Source of the DNA: a virus
Virus record (IMG/VR): IMGVR_UViG_3300046780_000733
DNA: 64,000 bases
Reading direction: 5' to 3' (one strand)
Below are positions 36,995 through 45,988 of this stretch, piece after piece. The position numbers and the translations under genes were made by a program. Each line of letters starts with the position of its first letter. The first letter of the stretch is position 1. The notes under the pieces are model-generated. The model saw only the letters and a program-made list of their open reading frames with translations, made no database searches and was not told where the DNA came from.

Positions 36995-37036
36995 GAAACA
37001 TTTGCCCATGCCGGGTCTCAACTGAAAGGAAGTGAG

Positions 37037-37360
37037 ATGAGCTTAGACGTGTGGCTGACTGAGGTGAAGCCAACCGAGGTGTACTCGGCAAACATCACCC
37101 ACAACCTCGGCAGGATGGCCGACGAAGCCGGGATCTACGAGCATCTCTGGCGGCCAGAGGAGATCGGCATCACCAAGGCTAGCCAGTTGATCGAGCCCCT
37201 GGAGAATGGGCTCGCGCTCATGAAGTCAGATCCGGGTCGCTTCAAGGCGTTTGATGCGACGAACGGGTGGGGGCTGTACGAACACTTCGTGCCATGGATC
37301 GAGGAATACCTGGAAGCGTGCAAAGATCATCCAGAGGCCGAAGTGAGCGCGTCCAGGTAG
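37037..37360 (+). CDS. Conserved phage hypothetical protein
   Basis: MSLDV.L, ANITHNL..MA.EAGIY..LWRP, NGWG.Y..F. Confidence 0.75.
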   Translation: MSLDVWLTEVKPTEVYSANITHNLGRMADEAGIYEHLWRPEEIGITKASQLIEPLENGLALMKSDPGRFKAFDATNGWGLYEHFVPWIEEYLEACKDHPEAEVSASR

Positions 37361-37390
37361 ATCCGAGCCATCGATGTCGTCGGGTGATCG

Positions 37391-37425
37391 CGCCCGAGAC
37401 ACCCATGATTTTACCCATACTTTCA
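37391..37425 (+). promoter_or_regulatory. Bipartite motif
   Basis: CGCCCGAG-N17-CATACTTTCA. Confidence 0.7.
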
Positions 37426-37500
37426 AATCGCCGCTGAGGAGCCTCTATGCCACGAACATCGAACGAATTCCACTGCCTCAACGCGTGGCACCGATGGCCA

Positions 37501-37788
37501 TCAACGGGGACGAATGCCTAAATGCTCGAACAGCGCATCCTGCAAACGTCCGGCGTGCCCTTGACGACGATGATCAGGATGAGTGAAGTAGCAGAACCTG
37601 GTTCTCGCTGACCCATACTCCCATCTCATTGCCCATGCGATCCCAGGTTCAACCGCAATGGACGTCGCCGGATACTCGCCGCGGAACACCCGGAGGGCCA
37701 TCGAGTCTCCCTCGGGGCGATGCAGTCCGTTCTCGTGGCAATGCTTTAGCCACACGGCGATCTCATCTGGATCAGAAGCAATGACCAC
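37501..37788 (-). CDS. Minimal GNAT-like acetyltransferase
   Basis: FTHPDHRRQGHAGRL acetyl-CoA-binding motif A. Confidence 0.6.
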   Translation of the reverse strand: MVIASDPDEIAVWLKHCHENGLHRPEGDSMALRVFRGEYPATSIAVEPGIAWAMRWEYGSARTRFCYFTHPDHRRQGHAGRLQDALFEHLGIRPR

Positions 37789-38344
37789 TTCCGGCCCTCA
37801 CAGAAGAAGTGTCGATGCTCCATGTGCCATTGAACTTGACCAAGGTTCCATTGACCACCCGAAAATCGACGGGCTCGTAGCGAACCGTCCTTGACTCCTG
37901 CTCAGCGGCAACCGCTTGCTCGTGCCGGCGCACGATCGCCTCCGCTTGCTTCCGTTGCAGCCACGTGAGCGTGCGGTCGTTGCCATGCTCCCTATCGATC
38001 ATGTCGCAGAGTTGAATCACCATGCGAGCCAACCCGTAGTTCCGTGCGTCGCTCACTATCTGCACATGCTTCTCGGCCAATTGGCACCAGTCTCGCTTCT
38101 CGGCCACCAGAATCTGGTTGTGCTTCTCGGCTGCTTCGAGCCTGCCGCGGAGTGCGTTGGCCTCGGCCCGATCCTTGTCGATGATCTGTTGTGCTACAGT
38201 ATCGCAGCACCAAAACCTGTATCCCATGTCAGGATGATCGCTGTTCATCTTCGTGGGATAGAACGTCTGGCCGACAGTGTAACCACGAGTGTATCCGTCC
38301 ACATACGCGCGATGCACGAGTTCTTCAGCGGTAATCATAGCCAA
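37772..38344 (-). CDS. Hypothetical coiled-coil protein
   Basis: GGAGG SD. Confidence 0.6.
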   Translation of the reverse strand: MAMITAEELVHRAYVDGYTRGYTVGQTFYPTKMNSDHPDMGYRFWCCDTVAQQIIDKDRAEANALRGRLEAAEKHNQILVAEKRDWCQLAEKHVQIVSDARNYGLARMVIQLCDMIDREHGNDRTLTWLQRKQAEAIVRRHEQAVAAEQESRTVRYEPVDFRVVNGTLVKFNGTWSIDTSSVRAGSGHCF

Positions 38345-38459
38345 TTCCTCCAGTCAAACAAGTATTCTCCGATCCCCTGTACGGCGAGGATCACGGCGCC
38401 CAGGATCAACCCCAGGATCACAACGCGAACACAATCGTGGATCAGGTCCACGAGCCATC

Positions 38460-38768
38460 TCATGAGGCCACCACGTCTTCGTCAAAATCGTCACCCATTT
38501 CGCGTAATGCTTTGACTCGCTCCTGGACGATCTTCCCGAAATCCGCGACTTGACTGGGGTCAACGTCAAAGGACACCCCGATCCGCGAGTCGAGGTCGGT
38601 GAGCCTGGCCATGGCGGCATCGAGCGTGATCCCAAACCCAACCACCAGGATCGCGATCGCCAACGCGGCCCCAGCCGCCGTCCACTGGTGACGTAGAACC
38701 AGAGAGTAGCCGTGGATCATGATCAGCAGGATCGCCGCACCACATGAAACACCAAAAAAACGCCTCAA
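38460..38768 (-). CDS. Two-TM membrane protein
   Basis: Two hydrophobic helices; coupled. Confidence 0.55.
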   Translation of the reverse strand: MRRFFGVSCGAAILLIMIHGYSLVLRHQWTAAGAALAIAILVVGFGITLDAAMARLTDLDSRIGVSFDVDPSQVADFGKIVQERVKALREMGDDFDEDVVAS

Positions 38769-39124
38769 CGCTTGCCTCCTTTTCGTGAATCCTCTCGGGG
38801 TCTAGCGTCCCGCGATGGCGCACCGCTCAGCCTCAACTGTTCGCCGAGACGCCAGTCGAATCCGCTCTTTCTGCACCGTGGGCAATAGCGGTAACTGCCT
38901 GGACGGATATTGCCGAAGCAAAGACCGCACGTCTCCCCAGGCCCGGGAGGGGTCTCGTTCCAATCAGAACCGCTACCTTCAATCATTACTATGAGAGATT
39001 CAGGCACGATCAGGTCGGGCCGACGGTCGCGGAGATCCTGCCTGAACTCGTACGACGACCCGTAAGTATCCGCGCTCAGCGCATCCCACTGATTCCAGTC
39101 ACCCTTGGGCATCATCGTCTCCAA
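38765..39124 (-). CDS. Zinc-finger hypothetical protein
   Basis: CGLC..YCPRC..SG. Confidence 0.55.
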   Translation of the reverse strand: METMMPKGDWNQWDALSADTYGSSYEFRQDLRDRRPDLIVPESLIVMIEGSGSDWNETPPGPGETCGLCFGNIRPGSYRYCPRCRKSGFDWRLGEQLRLSGAPSRDARPREDSRKGGKR

Positions 39125-39485
39125 AGAGCAGGAGTTGTCTATAGTCGCCAGAGGTGTTCGGCCTGAAACGTTTCGCCCTCGGCCTAGCGCAAGGAATCCT
39201 GGCTTGAACGTCCGCCACGATCTCTTCCGCGACCTTGGTCAACGCGGCCCTGATGTCCACCGGCATGTCACGGTCAATGCGATTCCTGATCTGCCTGGCC
39301 GTCACGCCCGAGCGACCAATGCTGGCGCAATCCTCCGGGTCACATCCAAGAGAAAGCATAACAGAATAGAAGATGTCTCGGATGCGGCGAATCGTTTCCT
39401 TGTCAAGTCTCCTGCCTCGTTTGAAAACCGGCATGCACGATTCGAGAAAAACACCGGATTTGTCCTTTTGCTCGAAGTAGGGCAC
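39099..39485 (-). CDS. Hypothetical protein
   Basis: AGGAGG SD. Confidence 0.55.
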   Translation of the reverse strand: MPYFEQKDKSGVFLESCMPVFKRGRRLDKETIRRIRDIFYSVMLSLGCDPEDCASIGRSGVTARQIRNRIDRDMPVDIRAALTKVAEEIVADVQARIPCARPRAKRFRPNTSGDYRQLLLFGDDDAQG

Positions 39486-39497
39486 ATCGCCTCCTGG

Positions 39498-39863
39498 TCA
39501 TGCAGGGTAAACGGTGAGCACATGAGGCGTCGGGATTTTGTGGGAAACTCCATGGCAGTCTCGGACGGTGACGAATCCATCCTCTAGTACATCGACTTGG
39601 CGAACAGCTCCCTCGACGCGCCACGGTAGCCACACGACTTCGCCACCGACCACGTGAGGGATCTGATAGACGTGGACGGGTTCGCAGGTGACAGTACGAT
39701 CGGAGGCCTCCGTTAACCCGGGAACCAGGGGGACGCGCCACCCCTCGTCGGCGACCCGATCCTGTTTCGCCCTCCCCTGCCCTTTCTTCGTCGGATCGTC
39801 CTCGAATGCGATCCTGCCCTCGACTGGCTTCTCAATGTTCTGACGTAATGAACTGACTGACAT
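39498..39863 (-). CDS. Hypothetical protein
   Basis: AAGGAG SD; first gene of the leftward block. Confidence 0.55.
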   Translation of the reverse strand: MSVSSLRQNIEKPVEGRIAFEDDPTKKGQGRAKQDRVADEGWRVPLVPGLTEASDRTVTCEPVHVYQIPHVVGGEVVWLPWRVEGAVRQVDVLEDGFVTVRDCHGVSHKIPTPHVLTVYPA

Positions 39864-39965
39864 CGTGGTCTCCTTTTCTCTACAAGTAGAATCCCCTGCG
39901 ATTTATCGATCCGCGAGAAAATTTAGCCAAAATCCGAATTTTATTCCATTTTGGCAAGATTGGCG

Positions 39966-39994
39966 TTGATTCTATTCTCGAAAGAAGGTACTAT
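39966..39994 (+). promoter_or_regulatory. sigma70-like promoter
   Basis: TTGATT-N17-TACTAT in a divergent gap. Confidence 0.55.
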
Positions 39995-40046
39995 CCGCCT
40001 CCCTGACAAAGATGTCGTTCACAAATCCTGCCCACGGAGACAACGG

Positions 40047-40412
40047 ATGCCTCTACGTATCAACCGCGACGACGTGCTGGCTGTGGCCAATAAGATGGTT
40101 CGCCTCGGCGTGTACCCGAGCGGGCCGAAACTCCATCGAGAGATTCCCAATTTCTGCGCGGAAGCATTGGCCAGCGTGCGACGGAGCCTCGTCCAGGCCA
40201 AGATCCTGAAGATCCCAGCCGCGCTCCTGCCGCGCGGCATGGCCGGCAAAACCTGCGTCTCAGCCATCCCCGACTCCCAATTTCGAGAAATGCTGTCGTG
40301 GCGTATCGAGGCGGCGAAGAAGCTCAAGTCGCAGCGGTGCGGCGAATACATATACCGGGAGGATTTCGACGCCATCTACGGGGCAGAAAACATGTCGTGG
40401 GGAGCCAGATGA
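40047..40412 (+). CDS. Hypothetical protein
   Basis: GGAG SD; ATGA overlap with the methyltransferase. Confidence 0.55.
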   Translation: MPLRINRDDVLAVANKMVRLGVYPSGPKLHREIPNFCAEALASVRRSLVQAKILKIPAALLPRGMAGKTCVSAIPDSQFREMLSWRIEAAKKLKSQRCGEYIYREDFDAIYGAENMSWGAR

Positions 40413-41566
40413 GGTATCTGAGTTTATTCAGCGGCGTCGAGGCCGCGACGCTTGCGTGGCAGCCTCTGGGATGGACCCCGGTGGCGTTCGCGGAGATCGA
40501 GCCATTCTGCTGCTCACTCCTGGCTCACCGCTTCCCCGAGGTTCCCAATCTCGGGGATGTGTGTGGGATCGACGCTGCGGCATTGGAGCCGCTGGGGCGG
40601 ATCGATCTCGTGATGTACGGGTTCCCTTGCACGGATATCTCGGTCGCTGGAAATCAGCAGGGCATGAAGAACGACGACGGTTCTTTGACCAGGAGCGGTT
40701 TGTTCTATGAGGCAACTCGGATTGTTCGACTCGCTCAGCGACACGGATGCCGGTGGTTCGTCTTCGAGAACGTCCCCGGGTTGCTCAGCAACGACCATGG
40801 ACGAACCTTTGCCGAGGTTGTTCGCGAGATTACTAGACTTTCCTTTCCCGTTCCCGCCAAAGGTTGGAAGAACACTGGAGTCGTCCGTAATCACGTGCCC
40901 GGAGAGTGGCAGTTTGCTTGGCGAACTCTTAACAGTGAGTGGTCCGGCGTTCCACAGCGGCGCCACCGAGTCTTCGCTTGCGGCCATCTTGGTTCATGGC
41001 GAAGTTCCGCAGAAGTTTTATTTGAAGCCAACGTCCTGCATCGGACTCCTCCGGAGAGCAAAGCAAAGGGGCAGGCGATTGCCATCTTTCTTGAGGAGGG
41101 TGCTGGAGTCGGTGGCCGAACAGGAAAGGCAGTTGCCGCCTACGGAGGCGGAAACTGCCAAGGACCGATCTCCACAGCCACATGCGTCTCATCCCACCAC
41201 AAGCGATGCGACTTTGACTCAGAGACCTTTGTTGTAGAAGCAGTCGCTTTCAAACCATCCCATTACACCAGAAGCAAGGATGGCGCGCCCTCCGAGGTGC
41301 ATCCGCCGAAAGAGGCGGATGCAGACAAGGGTGACCAAGATCCGGTGATATTGGCCGGCGCAACGATTCGCCGACTCTTGCCCATCGAGACAGAACGCCT
41401 TATGGCGTTACCGGACGGTTGGACTGACGTGCCACATCGTGACAAACCGGCCTCGGACTCGGCCCGCTACCGGGCCATCGGCAACAGCATCTGCGTCCAC
41501 GACCTTAGTTGGGTCGGACAACGGATACAGATGGTCAACGACGAGATTGAAATGGAGACAAAATGA
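40409..41566 (+). CDS. DNA (cytosine-5) methyltransferase, alpha chain
   Basis: SLFSG (I), GFPC (IV), ENVPG (VI), PQRRHRVF (VIII), RYRAIGNS (X). Confidence 0.93.
   Translation: MRYLSLFSGVEAATLAWQPLGWTPVAFAEIEPFCCSLLAHRFPEVPNLGDVCGIDAAALEPLGRIDLVMYGFPCTDISVAGNQQGMKNDDGSLTRSGLFYEATRIVRLAQRHGCRWFVFENVPGLLSNDHGRTFAEVVREITRLSFPVPAKGWKNTGVVRNHVPGEWQFAWRTLNSEWSGVPQRRHRVFACGHLGSWRSSAEVLFEANVLHRTPPESKAKGQAIAIFLEEGAGVGGRTGKAVAAYGGGNCQGPISTATCVSSHHKRCDFDSETFVVEAVAFKPSHYTRSKDGAPSEVHPPKEADADKGDQDPVILAGATIRRLLPIETERLMALPDGWTDVPHRDKPASDSARYRAIGNSICVHDLSWVGQRIQMVNDEIEMETK
40707..41237 (+). CDS. Nested alternative-frame ORF, probable methyltransferase beta subunit (M.EcoHK31I-like)
   Basis: SSL..IL..GEVPQKFYL.P..C.GLLRRA..RGR.LP..L..VL pattern. 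Confidence 0.7.
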   Translation: MRQLGLFDSLSDTDAGGSSSRTSPGCSATTMDEPLPRLFARLLDFPFPFPPKVGRTLESSVITCPESGSLLGELLTVSGPAFHSGATESSLAAILVHGEVPQKFYLKPTSCIGLLRRAKQRGRRLPSFLRRVLESVAEQERQLPPTEAETAKDRSPQPHASHPTTSDATLTQRPLL

Positions 41567-41805
41567 GCGGCGACTTGCAATTTCTCATCAAGCAAGAACT
41601 AGGCTACGTTGAACCTCCGACCGATAGGTCGTGCAGGCACTGCTCCATGTTCAAGAACGAGTATTTCCCCGGGAACTCAGATGTGCCCCATGGCTCTTGC
41701 CATCTTTTGGTTGCCACGCTGGGAACCTTCGACGTGTCAGGAAATGGCACTTGTCAACACTTCATTCGCCCCGGAGAATTCCAGTGCAAAACCAATACCC
41801 CATGA
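41563..41805 (+). CDS. Small Cys-rich protein
   Basis: CRHC..F..C..V...G.C..F. Confidence 0.55.
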   Translation: MSGDLQFLIKQELGYVEPPTDRSCRHCSMFKNEYFPGNSDVPHGSCHLLVATLGTFDVSGNGTCQHFIRPGEFQCKTNTP

Positions 41806-42203
41806 TGAACATCGAAGCCGCAGACACCTGGCTGACGCCGCTCTACGAGACCGACCGCAACCGTCAGCAACGACGCGTCTACTGGTGCCGGTGCCGCTGC
41901 GGCAAGGAACTTCCGGTTCCCCTTCACTGCCTCAGAGCCAAGTCGCCGCAGAAGAGCTGTGGATGCGCGAGCAAAAAGGATAAGCGAGGAGCCTATGCGG
42001 ATCATCGAATTGCGGGTTCAGGATTTCAAGAAAATCAAGGTGGCGAGATGGAAGCTCGATCCACATTTGAACGAAATCCGGGGCCAGAACCGGCAGGGAA
42101 AGAGTTCGATTCTGGACGCCCTGTTCAGTGCTCTTGGAGGCGCGAAAGCGTGTCCCAGCGAGCCCATACGATCAGGCTCAAAATCAGCCAAGACTGTCGT
42201 TGA
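41802..42203 (+). CDS. Homing-endonuclease-type N-terminal zinc domain remnant
   Basis: WCRCRCGK..KSCGC; 3' half overlaps the ATPase gene. Confidence 0.45.
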   Translation: MMNIEAADTWLTPLYETDRNRQQRRVYWCRCRCGKELPVPLHCLRAKSPQKSCGCASKKDKRGAYADHRIAGSGFQENQGGEMEARSTFERNPGPEPAGKEFDSGRPVQCSWRRESVSQRAHTIRLKISQDCR

Positions 42204-43155
42204 CCTCGGCGACCTTCGGATCACCAGGACGTTCTCGCCGAGCGGCACGTTCCTGCAAGTCGAGGATCGTGACGGCGATGTCAAACGTGCTCCCCAGGAG
42301 TTGCTGAACAGCCTGGGCACCGCCCTCGGGATGGACCCACTGGCATTCGTGCGTGCCGATCCAAAGACGCAGATCGCCATGCTGCTCACGGCGTTTTGTG
42401 TCAGCGTTGACGATCTCGCTGTCGAGTACAAATCCGTCTCCGAGGAGAGAACTGAGACCAACCGCGAGTTGAAGCGTTTACGTGCCGCAGTCGAAAAAAT
42501 CGTCGTCGATCCCCGAGCCACGGTGATGCCGATCGACGTCGAGGGACTGAAGGCGCGTCGCTCCGAACTCATGGAACAGCGAAACGAGATCGACTCCGAA
42601 CTGAAGCGCATCACCGAGTTGTTCGATCAATCCCAGGCCCAACAGGTTGCATTGGCTCGGCTCCAGGATCGCGAGAACCTAGAAGGCGAAGCCGAGGAGG
42701 TTTCTTATGCGTCCGAGACACTAACGAAGCGTCTCGAAGAGATCCGCGAGGAGAAACGCGAGCGGCTGAAATCCGTGGAGTCCAAGATCGGCGGGCTCAG
42801 CATTGGCGACGACATGATCAGGTTCAACGGGAACCCGTTGGATCAGGCGTCGAGTGCCGAGCAGATCCAGTTGGGTCTTCAGGTCGCGATGGCCCCTGAT
42901 CCCAAACTGAGGGTCGTTTTGATCCGCGATGGAAGTTTGCTGGACAACGAAAGCCTAGAAGCACTTGAGGAGTGGGCAACAGAAAAAGATGTTCAGGTTC
43001 TTATAGAAAGGGTAGGCGAAGGCGCTCCCGAATACCCAGGCATCCTGCTTGTCGATGGAGAGATTTCCAAGAGGATCGGGGAAGAACCTGAGCAAGAGTT
43101 GTTCACCTTTTCCACGATCGACGATACCTCAAGGCAGGCGCAGGACGTTTTTTGA
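41995..43155 (+). CDS. SMC/Rad50-like ABC ATPase with short coiled coil
   Basis: GQNRQGKSS Walker A, ASSAEQ signature, VVLIRDGSLLD Walker B/D-loop. Confidence 0.85.
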   Translation: MRIIELRVQDFKKIKVARWKLDPHLNEIRGQNRQGKSSILDALFSALGGAKACPSEPIRSGSKSAKTVVDLGDLRITRTFSPSGTFLQVEDRDGDVKRAPQELLNSLGTALGMDPLAFVRADPKTQIAMLLTAFCVSVDDLAVEYKSVSEERTETNRELKRLRAAVEKIVVDPRATVMPIDVEGLKARRSELMEQRNEIDSELKRITELFDQSQAQQVALARLQDRENLEGEAEEVSYASETLTKRLEEIREEKRERLKSVESKIGGLSIGDDMIRFNGNPLDQASSAEQIQLGLQVAMAPDPKLRVVLIRDGSLLDNESLEALEEWATEKDVQVLIERVGEGAPEYPGILLVDGEISKRIGEEPEQELFTFSTIDDTSRQAQDVF

Positions 43156-43311
43156 TGCTCCCATCGCACGTTTCCTTGAAAGATCTCACGATGATTCGTG
43201 ATCTTGGCAATGTCCGCCTGACACAGTTGATCTGTGCCATCAATGACCAAGGGTGGTCACTGGCGAAGCGGACGCTGCACTCGATGCCAACGTCAACCTC
43301 AGTAACATCCC

Positions 43312-43642
43312 CGGTTTCAATGTCCAAGCCACGCAACCAGGAGAATCTATTTTGATCCCCAACAACATGTTCTACACCCAGGACGAACTCGACTCCGCTG
43401 TCAATGAGGCAGTGTCTAAGGCGCTTGACACCGCCCGCGAGTTTAGAAACTCGATGATGTCTCCTCTCGTGCAAAGGTCGCACGCTCTCTACGAGTACCA
43501 ACGGCTCCTCGACGAGATGCTCGTGTACACCCTCGGATCGCCGCAATTCTACGTCAAACTCGGCGAACTCAAGGCGTTCCACGAATGTCGGTCCGTGTCG
43601 CCGTCATCCACGGTTTCAATGTCCAAGCCACGCAAACAGGAG
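43312..43642 (+). repeat. 32-bp direct repeat pair
   Basis: CGGTTTCAATGTCCAAGCCACGCAA(C/A)CAGGAG at 43312 and 43611. Confidence 0.9.
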
Positions 43643-43651
43643 CCACAATGA
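43367..43651 (+). CDS. Hypothetical protein (paralog of next gene)
   Basis: GSPQFYVKLGELKA versus CSPEFFIALGQLKA. Confidence 0.55.
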   Translation: MFYTQDELDSAVNEAVSKALDTAREFRNSMMSPLVQRSHALYEYQRLLDEMLVYTLGSPQFYVKLGELKAFHECRSVSPSSTVSMSKPRKQEPQ

Positions 43652-43851
43652 ACGACAAAGAAACCGTGCAGTACGCCCACACTTACTGCGAAACTCGCAC
43701 TGAGCCTTCGCCGACCCAGCAAGCAAAAGATGCTCACCGCATGACCATTTACAAGACAGCATGTCGCAGGCTGTTCAGCCTGAAGACGTGCTCGCCCGAG
43801 TTCTTCATCGCACTGGGCCAACTCAAGGCTGTATTCGAGGAGCCACAATGA
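43648..43851 (+). CDS. Hypothetical protein
   Basis: AGGAG SD; coupled. Confidence 0.55.
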   Translation: MNDKETVQYAHTYCETRTEPSPTQQAKDAHRMTIYKTACRRLFSLKTCSPEFFIALGQLKAVFEEPQ

Positions 43852-44996
43852 TCAGCGTTGCCGCTGGAGACCTGAGACGAGCCGTCAAGATCGCGGCCCG
43901 CGCGTGCAGTGACCGTAGCCCCATCCAGGCCTGGGAGAAGGTGTTCTTGATCTTTCACAGTGATTCTTCGGCGGCGATGGCCACGGATGGCCGATGCATG
44001 ATCCGTGCACCAATTGCCACTGATGGCGAGTTTGATCCGTTCACGGCCGTCGTTGAGCCCGAGCGTGTGGTCCAGTGCTTGGTGGCCTGCGATGACCAGG
44101 ACGAAGTCAAGATCGGGCACGCCGGCGACCCCGACGGGACACACAGGATCACCTTCGACGTCTGTGGCAGCATGAGCACGAGCAGCTCCAGGTCGAGCAT
44201 CCGCTACAAGCCTCCGGAGTCGATCCCTGATATCCCAGAGCCCGACTGGTCAGAACCCACTGCGTTGTTCTCGCCCAACGCGTTCAACCAGATGCTCGGC
44301 CTAGTTGCCCCGGTGGCTCGCAAGATCCGCGGGGGTGCTATGACGGATGTTGTGCAACTGTACCCGGTCGATGGCAACCAAGTTCGATGCACCGCCTTCG
44401 ACGGCACCAGATTGGCTCAACTCTGGATCACCGATACGGCGCCTATGCAGTCGGAGATCCTGGTCCCGGCTGATCTCATCAAGTTGATCGGTGGGGACAG
44501 CAGGCATACCGAGGATGCAGTGGCCCTAATTGATGACGGACGCAGGATTCATGCACTCATAGACAACGTGTCTTACGTTGTGGCGTCGGTCCAGGGAGAG
44601 TTCCTGGACCGGTCCAGAGAGATGCAGATTCGTCGTGACCAGGCCACCAAGGTGGGCACGATCCGAGCTGACCACTTCCTGAGTGGACTCAGACAGGCCG
44701 AGATCGTGCTGGATGACCGCGCGGGCGTGGTAGGCGTGGATCTGCGTCGCGAGCCATCGGGACGTCTGGCAATGTCGTCTCAGAGCCCCATGCATGGCCA
44801 GTGCACCTGTTCCGTGCCGGCGAATCTGATCCAAGATTTTGCGCCAATAGCTATTCAGGCTCCTGTCATCACTGAGCAGTTGGCAAGGCTTAAAGAGGAA
44901 ACCATCGAGGTTTCCGTCATCGGTGATCTCGCGATGTTGATCGTCGCACTCGGTGGAAAGTATACGTTCATGCTCGGCGCCATCAAATTGAATTAA
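43848..44996 (+). CDS. dnaN: Diverged DNA polymerase III beta sliding clamp
   Basis: 382 aa; DL.RAV..AA, MATDG and TAFDGTRLA, ILVP, GEF motifs in clamp-like order. Confidence 0.7.
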   Translation: MISVAAGDLRRAVKIAARACSDRSPIQAWEKVFLIFHSDSSAAMATDGRCMIRAPIATDGEFDPFTAVVEPERVVQCLVACDDQDEVKIGHAGDPDGTHRITFDVCGSMSTSSSRSSIRYKPPESIPDIPEPDWSEPTALFSPNAFNQMLGLVAPVARKIRGGAMTDVVQLYPVDGNQVRCTAFDGTRLAQLWITDTAPMQSEILVPADLIKLIGGDSRHTEDAVALIDDGRRIHALIDNVSYVVASVQGEFLDRSREMQIRRDQATKVGTIRADHFLSGLRQAEIVLDDRAGVVGVDLRREPSGRLAMSSQSPMHGQCTCSVPANLIQDFAPIAIQAPVITEQLARLKEETIEVSVIGDLAMLIVALGGKYTFMLGAIKLN

Positions 44997-45002
44997 TTGG
45001 GC

Positions 45003-45030
45003 TTGACGGATTCCGAATCTGCATTAAACT
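45003..45030 (+). promoter_or_regulatory. sigma70-like promoter
   Basis: TTGACG-N16-TAAACT. Confidence 0.7.
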
Positions 45031-45148
45031 TGGAATCTGACTCAGAACTTGTTTCGCGTGCGGCAATTAATCCGCCAAACATGTCAACAGACACCACTTG
45101 ACCACGGAGGTGCACCATGACCCCCTGGACCGCGGCCTGAAACCGCAT

Positions 45149-45217
45149 TCGCGGCGATTGTTCCTCTGGCACTTAGGGGCCTTTGTGCCAGTGCGGGATT
45201 CAACACCCGGCCGCGAG
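45149..45217 (+). ncRNA. Small tRNA-like (D-armless) structure
   Basis: TCGCGGC/GCCGCGA closing stem, TGGCAC/GTGCCA arm, CGGG-ATTCAACA-CCCG T-like arm. Confidence 0.35.
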
Positions 45218-45244
45218 TTTTCTTTGTACCCGAGGATTCTGCTC

Positions 45245-45811
45245 TTGAGCCAAGACATCTACTTTACCGCAGACACTCATTTCAACCATCGCAAGTGCCT
45301 GGAGTTGTTCCGGGTGGGCAGGTTCGCGTCGATGGAAGAGATGAATGAGACGATGATCGACAGGTGGAACTCCAGGATCAAGCGATCTGATCGAGTGTAC
45401 CATTTGGGCGACTTCGCCCTGGGCCGTCAGGAAGACGCGAAGAATATCCTGGACTGCCTGAATGGACAGATTTACTTGATCCGCGGGAACCACGAGGCGG
45501 CCGTCGAGGGGACTCGGTGCCGTGACAGGTTTGTATGGATCAAGGATTACCACTGCATGAAGGTTGGAGAGCAGAAAATCGTCCTCTGCCACTATGCGTT
45601 CCGGACCTGGAACTGCATGCATTACGGTTCATGGAATCTGCACGGGCACAGCCACGGAAGTTTGCCCGAGATCAAAGGCTCAAGATCGTTAGACGTCGGG
45701 GTGGACTGCTGGGATTTTTACCCGGTCAACTTTTACGAAGTCAGAACCAAGATGATCGAGAAGACATTTCAGTCCGTGGATCACCACGGAGGCGACGATG
45801 AACACGACTGA
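45245..45811 (+). CDS. Calcineurin-like metallophosphoesterase
   Basis: ADTHFNH, HLGDF, RGNHE, CHY, HGHSH, DVGVD. Confidence 0.92.
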   Translation: MSQDIYFTADTHFNHRKCLELFRVGRFASMEEMNETMIDRWNSRIKRSDRVYHLGDFALGRQEDAKNILDCLNGQIYLIRGNHEAAVEGTRCRDRFVWIKDYHCMKVGEQKIVLCHYAFRTWNCMHYGSWNLHGHSHGSLPEIKGSRSLDVGVDCWDFYPVNFYEVRTKMIEKTFQSVDHHGGDDEHD

Positions 45812-45988
45812 CCAATGCCGAGCCTGCGGGGCAGCGATTCAAACTGGCACACTTCCTCCGCTATGCAGGTATTGCAGGATCAAGTACGGGGAACCCGACG
45901 GGCGGATCGCCGCGAGCCCGGCGAAGCGAGTCGAACTCATGAGGGCCGTGGCCGCTATGGCAGCACTACTACAGGGGGAGAACAATTC

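Noticed and set aside
43312-43642. CRISPR mini-array (repeat contains GTTTCAAT)
   Set aside because: Only two copies 299 bp apart, no internal palindrome, and the intervening DNA is a gene
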